From: Alphaproteobacteria bacterium | GTDB taxonomy: Bacteria > Pseudomonadota > Alphaproteobacteria > CAAHEQ01 > UBA3637 | Length of the DNA stretch: 64,000 nt | NCBI GenBank assembly: GCA_045614025.1 | Contig: JAZLCE010000014.1 | Location: forward strand, 2,825-66,824 | Reading direction: 5' to 3' | Part shown: positions 26,688 to 33,800 of the stretch, piece by piece | Numbering within the stretch: the stretch's first letter is position 1 | How the letters are laid out: every line of letters starts with the position of its first letter | Translations under genes and position numbers: made by a program | Notes under the pieces: generated by a model | Database searches by the model: none | What the model was told of the DNA's origin: nothing | Seen by the model: the letters and a program-made list of their open reading frames with translations, nothing else

Positions 26688-26881
26688 AGTCTTCCTTTTT
26701 TATAAAAAAAACTCTTTTCAAATTGAAAAGAGCTGCTATTTTGATTCTTTTATTTTAATTTTTATTACTAACAAACAGCTCCCTTTGATTTTTTAAACCA
26801 AAAAGTAAAAATGTTTGTAATAATAAAAATAATAGATGTGTTCATGTGAAATAAAATATAATTTCTTTTGAAACTTGTCAA
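26688..26881 (-). promoter_or_regulatory. Leader L3: promoter + ~140-nt leader + intrinsic terminator immediately upstream of the 556-aa gene
   Basis: Minus strand: TTGACA (26881..26876) - 17 nt - TATTTT - 7 nt - ATG of the mini-ORF at 26845..26768. AAAGGGAGCTG (26786..26776) is complementary to the 5' flank and arm of the terminator. The terminator is CTCTTTTCA-ATT-TGAAAAGAG + T8 (26736..26704), ending 16 nt before the ATG at 26687. It lies in a divergent intergenic region, so it cannot terminate an upstream gene. Confidence 0.6.
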
Positions 26882-26966
26882 TATCTTTTTTAAAAATGAT
26901 TGAAAAATTCAAAATTATTTGCTAAACTTTTCCCCATATTAATTAAAAAAAATGAAGGGTGATCAC

Positions 26967-28130
26967 ATGAAAAATAAACAGTTGGTTTCAAATATTTATT
27001 ATGTTGGTGTGGATGATAAAGAAATTGATTTATTTGAAGGGCAATATATTGTTCCAAATGGAATTTCATATAACTCTTATGTGATTATGGATGAAAAAAC
27101 AGCTGTGATGGATACGGTGGATATCCATAAAGCAGAGGAATGGCTTTCAAATTTAAAAGAAGTTTTAAATGGTAAAGAACCAGATTATTTGGTTGTTCTT
27201 CATATGGAGCCAGATCATGCAGGCAGTATTGATTTATTTTTAAAAGCTTATCCAAATACAAAAGTTGTTTCAAATCAAAAAGCATTCCAAATGATGGAAA
27301 GTTTTTTTGAAGGGATTGATTTGGAAGGCAAAAAAGTTATTATTCAAGAAGGAGAAACGCTTTTATTAGGCCAGCATTCGCTTTCATTTGTTTTTGCGCC
27401 GATGGTTCATTGGCCAGAAGTGATGGTTGCTTATGAACAAACAGAAAAGATTTTGTTTTCAGCAGATGCGTTTGGCAAATTTGGGGCGCTTGATTATGAA
27501 GAAGAATGGGATTGCGAAGCGCGCCGTTATTATATTAACATTGTGGGTAAATATGGTGCTCCTGTTCAAACGTTGCTTAAAAAAGCAAGCACACTTGATA
27601 TTCAAAAGATTTTTCCGCTCCATGGGCCGATGCTCACTGAAAATTTGGGATATTATTTAAATAAATATGATATTTGGAGCTCATATAAAGCGGAAGATAC
27701 GGGCGTTTTTATTGCCTATACCTCCATTTATGGGAACACCAAGCAAGCCGCTTTGAAGCTTAAAGAGATTTTGGATGCAAAAGGCATTAAAACAGCGATT
27801 GCCGATTTAGCCAGAGATGATATGGCAGAGGCCGTTGAAGATGCATTCAGATATTCGCATTTGGTGTTGGCAAGCCCCACATATGATGGAGATGTTTTCC
27901 CTTATATGGCCACATTTATGCACCATTTAAAAAGCAAAAATTATCAAAACAGAACCATTGGGTTTATTGAAAATGGCTCTTGGGCGCCGATGTCTGCAAA
28001 AGTGATGAAAAAAGAAATGGGAGAGCTTAAAAATATCACATTGATTGAAAATCATGTTTCAATTAAATCTGCCTTGAAAAAAGAAGATGTTGAGGCATTA
28101 AATGCGTTGGCAGAAGATTTGTTAAAGTAA
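26967..28130 (+). CDS. Flavodiiron protein (FprA-type: metallo-beta-lactamase-like diiron domain + flavodoxin domain)
   Basis: LHMEPDHAGS matches the H-x-E-x-D-H diiron motif, and the flavodoxin-like C-terminal half includes VFIAYTSIYGNTKQAA. The start is chosen at the ATG at 26967 after AAGGGTG; the track start is 26952. Confidence 0.8.
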   Translation: MKNKQLVSNIYYVGVDDKEIDLFEGQYIVPNGISYNSYVIMDEKTAVMDTVDIHKAEEWLSNLKEVLNGKEPDYLVVLHMEPDHAGSIDLFLKAYPNTKVVSNQKAFQMMESFFEGIDLEGKKVIIQEGETLLLGQHSLSFVFAPMVHWPEVMVAYEQTEKILFSADAFGKFGALDYEEEWDCEARRYYINIVGKYGAPVQTLLKKASTLDIQKIFPLHGPMLTENLGYYLNKYDIWSSYKAEDTGVFIAYTSIYGNTKQAALKLKEILDAKGIKTAIADLARDDMAEAVEDAFRYSHLVLASPTYDGDVFPYMATFMHHLKSKNYQNRTIGFIENGSWAPMSAKVMKKEMGELKNITLIENHVSIKSALKKEDVEALNALAEDLLK

Positions 28131-28142
28131 GGATAAAATAAA

Positions 28143-28640
28143 ATGAGAATGAATATCACAATTGAAAGTTTAGTTGAAGAAATCACGGATAAAAGAAATC
28201 ATCAAATCGAACCTCAAATTGAAAAAATTAAAAATTTGCTTTCAAAGGGGTGTGATGTTGATGGGCAAGATAAACATGGCAACACTTTGTTGCATCATGT
28301 GGTAACAAGCGGTAGTATTCGCATGTATAATACTGTTCAAGAAGGCGAATATAACATGCCTCAAAAAACATTTGATGCCGAATATTTAATTAAAAACTTT
28401 TCTCCAAATCCATTAATTAAAAATCATGATGGATTAACTCCAGCTATGGTGGCAGCTAAACATAAGCAAACAGCTTTATGGCAATTGCTTTCTTCTTATG
28501 AGCAAAGTTTTGTTGCCTCTCAAATTGGTGGGATTATGAAAGAAATTATTCAACATCAAAATCTTAATGTTTGTTCAAGAACGCGTGTGTTACAAGCGGC
28601 TCAAAAATTGGTTGCAAATAATCGCACCCGTTCTGAATAA
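28143..28640 (+). CDS. Small ankyrin-repeat protein
   Basis: 165 aa. GCDVDGQDKHGNTLLHHVV and HDGLTPAMVAAKHKQTALWQLL are ANK-like units. Confidence 0.6.
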   Translation: MRMNITIESLVEEITDKRNHQIEPQIEKIKNLLSKGCDVDGQDKHGNTLLHHVVTSGSIRMYNTVQEGEYNMPQKTFDAEYLIKNFSPNPLIKNHDGLTPAMVAAKHKQTALWQLLSSYEQSFVASQIGGIMKEIIQHQNLNVCSRTRVLQAAQKLVANNRTRSE

Positions 28641-28864
28641 ATCAAAACAAGGGGCAAGGAAGGGAATATTCTTAATCAAAATTTAATTGTTGATTTAGTT
28701 TATTAAGCGCAACAAGTTGTTGGTGCGGTGATTGGATTGACTCCACAAAAAGTTTTATTAAAAGCGCTCAAGATGATTTTATGGTCGGTTTGGTGGAGCT
28801 TCCAAGCGAAACACATTTCCTCTGCAACAAGAGCGGTTATTTTAAAAGCTTTTGAAGAATAAAA

Positions 28865-29437
28865 TTATTCCTTTATTCTTTCTTCGTTTGTTAAAGGAAA
28901 AACAGGATTCTTTTTTTCAAGAAGCATTGGCTTACCTTGATATAAAACAGCTTCTTTTTCAATTTCTTTCATGGCTTGAATTGCCGTTTTCAAATAATCT
29001 TTAATTTCAATATCTTTATCGGCATTTAAGGCGGCCCAAAATCCTTCTTTTTCTTGATGTTTTAAAAAATAATGTTTCTCATCAATAACGATAAAAGAAA
29101 TTGGGGATTTTTTTTCTGAGATATAAACAATTTGGTGTGGTAACACGTCTTCAATAATTTGAAGTGTTTTATTTGAAAACGCCTTGGGTGCATTCATAAA
29201 AACTTGTTGTTTGCCAAATGCAAAATGCATCTGTTTTAAAACGCTTTCAAATTTTTGAATTTCTTCCTCTTTTAAGAAAAGTTGAATTTTTGTTGCCGGT
29301 TTGCAACAAAATTCTTTTAATAAAGCTGGCAGATATAAATTGCTATAAAACAAAGAAGATCGTTCATGCTTTAAAAGATATCTCATACCACGTAAAAATT
29401 CTTTTTCTGAGAGCAAGGGTTTATTTTCTTCAGCCAT
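28865..29437 (-). CDS. Orphan protein, member 1 of a three-paralog tandem family
   Basis: 190 aa. It shares two blocks with the next two ORFs: LYLPALLKEFxxKxxxKIQLFL and SFIVIDEKHYFLK...FWAALNA. Confidence 0.6.
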   Translation of the reverse strand: MAEENKPLLSEKEFLRGMRYLLKHERSSLFYSNLYLPALLKEFCCKPATKIQLFLKEEEIQKFESVLKQMHFAFGKQQVFMNAPKAFSNKTLQIIEDVLPHQIVYISEKKSPISFIVIDEKHYFLKHQEKEGFWAALNADKDIEIKDYLKTAIQAMKEIEKEAVLYQGKPMLLEKKNPVFPLTNEERIKE

Positions 29438-29440
29438 TTT

Positions 29441-30076
29441 TTAATCCTTTGTGCGACCTGAAACTTGATCGGGCGATAAAATATTTGATCGAATCCATCT
29501 AGGGTTTAAAGGCGGGTTTGCTAATGAGGTTAATATATCAAAAACTTTTTGTCTTAATTTTAAATGCTTTTCTCCTTCAAGAGTTGCTTCAGCATTAAAA
29601 TGAATTAAAAAACCGCCGCCTTCACTATTATAGGTTAGCGTATGTTTTTCATTAATAATGCCAAAAGAGGGCAAGTCAGAATCTGTCCCTTGAAAATCAA
29701 TAAAGCGCGCTTTATTAAATAAATCCCTTGCTTGATAAGGATTTATTTTTTGATCTAAAAATAATTGAAGATTTGGATGTTTATTTTTATCTTTTAAAAC
29801 ATCATAAAGCTCATCAACGCCTTGTTGCGTTAAATAAAGTTTAACATTATTTTGTGGATTGATTAAAAAATAGTTCATCACAAGCTTAAGCCGATTGTTT
29901 TTAATTGGATAAATAATATCTTCGTTTGTTGTTAACGGTTCTAAAACAGCTTGCAGGTATTCTTTTTTATCAAAAGGTTCGCTATCTGTTTGAAGCAAAA
30001 TGGCTTTATTTATTGATCTTGTTAAATCAAGAATATTTTGATAAATTGATTTTTTATTCTCGCTCATGGCTATCAT
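29441..30076 (-). CDS. Orphan protein, member 2 of the three-paralog family
   Basis: 211 aa with the blocks VKLYLTQQG and SFGIINEKHTLTY...FLIHFNA. The start may be the second ATG at 30067. It overlaps the end of the upstream gene. Confidence 0.55.
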   Translation of the reverse strand: MIAMSENKKSIYQNILDLTRSINKAILLQTDSEPFDKKEYLQAVLEPLTTNEDIIYPIKNNRLKLVMNYFLINPQNNVKLYLTQQGVDELYDVLKDKNKHPNLQLFLDQKINPYQARDLFNKARFIDFQGTDSDLPSFGIINEKHTLTYNSEGGGFLIHFNAEATLEGEKHLKLRQKVFDILTSLANPPLNPRWIRSNILSPDQVSGRTKD

Positions 30077-30683
30077 CTAATCTATTTTTCTTATGGTGTT
30101 GAGATATTTTTTTCTGAACATCTTGGAATGGAACTGAAAGGCTTTTAATTTTAATCATAGCTGATGAAAGCATCTCTAATCGTTTGGATTGGCTTTGGCT
30201 ATATGTGGCATTTAAAGCGCAACTAAAATAAGGTTGTTCAGCATTTTCAATTTTTAAAATATAACTTTTGTTATTAAAAATCATAAAGGAATCACAGTGA
30301 ACACTTGAATCTGCAATAAAAATTCTTTTTGGATTTGGAAGATCTTGAAGGGAAGGGGCTTTTTCTTGTTTTAATTGAATAAACCGATCCTCTAAAAAAA
30401 ACGTGAAAGGTGTTTCTTTTTTTTCATCTAGCAAAACTTCTGCCGAAACAATTAAGTTGACTTTAGAATTTTGAAATTCTTTTGAAATTAAGGCTGGATA
30501 AAGTTTTTTAAAATCACGGTTATTTAAAAAAATGGTTCCTTTAGCATTTTCAGATAAAATTTTTGTAATTGAACCAATGCGGTTAATGGCGCAAAAAATA
30601 TCCGTGTTTTTTTCATCTATTCTTTTTTGGATTTCTTGTTTCATCCATTCATATTCATGATCATTTATTTTTTGATATCCCAT
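30054..30683 (-). CDS. Orphan protein, member 3 of the three-paralog family
   Basis: 209 aa with the blocks LYPALISKEFQNSKVNLIV and SFMIFNNKSYILK...FSCALNA. Confidence 0.55.
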   Translation of the reverse strand: MGYQKINDHEYEWMKQEIQKRIDEKNTDIFCAINRIGSITKILSENAKGTIFLNNRDFKKLYPALISKEFQNSKVNLIVSAEVLLDEKKETPFTFFLEDRFIQLKQEKAPSLQDLPNPKRIFIADSSVHCDSFMIFNNKSYILKIENAEQPYFSCALNATYSQSQSKRLEMLSSAMIKIKSLSVPFQDVQKKISQHHKKNRLDDSHERE

Positions 30684-30770
30684 CAGATTAATCCTCTATT
30701 AAAAAATAAGTTTTGTTAAACTATCTCTTTGGGAATTAAAAGTCAAGGTTTAAATGGTTTTTAAGCATAA

Positions 30771-30810
30771 AAAAGCCCCTAAAAGAAAGTTTTTTTAAGG
30801 GCTTTTTCTT
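30771..30810 (-). terminator. Hairpin terminator directly after the 1700-aa gene
   Basis: AAGCCCCT ... AAGGGCTT stem (one mismatch) flanked by A/T runs, starting 4 nt beyond the stop at 30814. Confidence 0.5.
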
Positions 30811-30813
30811 TTT

Positions 30814-33800
30814 TTATCTCCCACCACGGTTTATTAAACTAGAAGCGATAAAATTTTTGTTTCTTGCTGCTTGCTTTGCTTCATTTTGTGCTGAAAATTC
30901 TTTTTCTTCAATTTCTTTAATTAAAGAAACAGTTTCTTTAAGTTCTGGAAGCGTTTGAGGTGCTTTTTCTATTGGTGGCATAAAGTGTTTCATAATCAAT
31001 CTTTCAAATACAGGTGTTTGATTTTTTTGATATGGATGAGCATCAACAAAGTGAACCCCAGAGGTTGATTTATTTCCATTTAAAAGGGATTGACGAATTT
31101 TCTTTGGCAAGTTTCTTCCAATTGAAATAAGCAACACGTCATCTAATTGTTCTTGATGTTGCATCACAGAAGAAAGGCATTCTTGAACAGCTTGACTTCT
31201 TTCTTCAGGCGTTTTTCCCATTGCGCTAATATAATCGCCAAGAGCCAATAAAGCGCGTTGCATGGTTGCGCTTAATTTAGGCCGTTTCACTTTTTCTCTT
31301 GAAAAACTAGGGAAAAGACTCTTTGCCTTTTCAGCTAAAGAAGAGCTCATGCTATCTTTTGATAAAACATCAATTAAAGCGTCTGTAAAATCTTCGCCTT
31401 TATGGGATCTTGTCATTGCTTTTGCAATCAATTTACCAAGATGGCGTCTTTCATTTACAGATGGGGTATAAGGCGTTGCTTGTTGCAACATGGTGTGGCC
31501 ATTTTTATCTTTTCCCAAGTATTTGCATTCAAAATCAATGGCGCCATGGTCAAATAACGTGATCTTTGAACCATCCACGCGCACTTGAGCGCCATGTCTA
31601 TCTGAATCAATAGGGCCCATTTGCAACAAAGTGTAAAGTTCGGTAGTGAAAATCGCTTTGGCAACGGCTTTTTTATAAGCTTGTTGTTCTTTTGTTTTTT
31701 CAGGAAGATCGTTAAAATGTTCACCACTGGCCAGTTCTGTTTTTTTGAATCTTCTTCCAAAATCGCTGATATGTGCAGCTGAAATTTGAAATTCTTGCCC
31801 ATCTGCTTGAACTTGAATGCCTTTATATTGTTCTTCAGCCACTTTTGTTTGCGCGCCACCCACCAAAAAGTCAGCTTCAATGGCGGTTAAGTGTCTGGCT
31901 TGCCCAATAATGCTTGGAAGAGCGCCAAAAAGTTTTTTGTTGCATGAGGCTAATTTTTTAGAAATTGGTGTAAAAAACTTTTTAAATTGATTATTAGCCG
32001 TTTCCAAAGCATTTGGATGCAACATGGTTAAAGCATGCCCTGTTTGGGCTTCTGGATCATCTTTCACTTCAACTGTAAAGCCAAAAGACCCAGAACCAAG
32101 CAATCTTCCAACATAAGGGGTTTGCCCTTTTAATTTGCCATCATCAAATGTTTCAGCAGACTCAATGCTTTCAAAAATTTGATATCTTTTTGGTGGATTA
32201 AAGTTGCTTTTTGAGTCTTTTAAATCTTCTTTAATACTATCACTTGTTCCTGGATAAGAATGAATGGCTTGTAATGTTTTTCCACCGGCAGCGCCCATTT
32301 GTGAAAGAATTTTTTTAATCATTTCTCCAGGGCGTTGTTTTCTTTTTTCCGTTTTATGAGGTTGCGAAGTGTAGGGCACTTTTTGGGGTGGATTCATTGT
32401 ATATAAAATCGAAATGAACAAAGCTTTTGCTTCCAATGATTCGCAATTTTCAAAATAAGTATCAAGAGCCAGTGTTTGATAAGTGGCATAGTCGGTATCT
32501 TTATTCATTTCCTCTTTTATAATATTATAGTATTCTTGAATTTTTTGTGTATTAACAGTATCACCCTTTGTTGGATCAAATAATAAACTTTGCATAATCA
32601 AAGCTTGCGCTTCGGGTGGCGTTTCCCAAAACTGCCTATGGAAATTAGCCATAGCCGTTTGTTTGGTTTGATCCGATATTTGAGCTCTAAAGTCAATGCG
32701 TTGTTTGAGCTCTGGGCTTAAAAGGCCACCAAAAAATTGCCCCTGATTATATTTACGTTTTTTGTTAATGGTATAAACGATTTTGTTAGCGCTTTGTGGG
32801 GTGAGGGGTTGTTTTAAAAAGTCAAGTAAATCAATGTTAAAATTGTTTTGATGAGAGCAAATCAATCCTTCGCGTAAGCCTTGAACCTGAGCATCAATTT
32901 TATTCCCGTTTACCGTTTGGATTTTATCTCTGATTGCTAAAGAAACATCTTTTTGCGTTTCGGCTTTTTCCATTAATCGGCATAAAATGGAAGCACCAGT
33001 TATTCCAGAGAAATCTTTTAAATAAGCGTCTGGAGTCATTTGAGCAACAAATTCTTTTTTTGTAACGGAAGACTCTTTTTCCATGCCAATGCGTTTAAAA
33101 TGCAACTCGGCAATTGTTTCAATTAAAAAGTTTTTAAACTGATTATTAGCAGGCGGTGTTTCTTTTAAAATTTTGCTTGCTAATTTATAAAGATCTTCTC
33201 GATAAATTGGATCCGCCGTTTTAATTTGTTGGCGCATCATTTTCATGATCTTTTCTTCTAATGCTTCATTATAATTATAATGGTGATCGCTTAAAGCATA
33301 ATAATGCAAAAATTGATCATCCGCATTACGCAAATCCTTGAAAAGAGCGCCTTGATTATTATATTTTTGGTATTCTGTGCAAATATAAGCCAATTCTTCT
33401 TCGGGTGCCATTTTTAAATTGCTATATAAAAGATGGCGATAATTATGTTCAGCAATTTTGGCAAGAATTTGGTTTGTTTCATTTGAGCAGTTTTCATCTT
33501 GTCTTAACTGATATCCCGCCTTTGATAAATCAATATATTGATCTTTATAATCTTCTAAATTTAATTCTTTTAAGAAAGTGCGGGTAATATAGTTTCTGAT
33601 TTGTAAAAGAGTGTTACTTGTTCTTGCGGCCATATAAGAATTGGCAAAATTCTTATTGACATATAGTTTTTTGCTCAACTCTTCTAATTCCTTAAATGTT
33701 TTAGGTTGACTAATGCCTAACACTTCATAAAAATCATAGTTAAATAATTCATCAAATTTTTTGGATGTATCAAACTCAATGTTTTTTGTTAAAGGAGTGT

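Noticed and set aside
23565-26881. Known leader classes: T-box, or Phe-type amino acid attenuation as in pheL
   Set aside because: There is no T-box-like GGTGG/ACCGCG element and no specifier-loop layout. The Phe/Ile richness of the mini-ORFs is expected from TTT/ATT codon bias in AT-rich DNA, and the downstream genes are not Phe-biosynthetic. I therefore keep it only as a generic attenuation hypothesis.
28865-30683. Phospholipase D / HKD nuclease assignment for the three paralogs
   Set aside because: The h-h-h-D-x-K-x-x-x-L block resembles the strand after an HKD motif, but none of the three has the H-x-K-x4-D signature. Only 'unknown family' is claimed.
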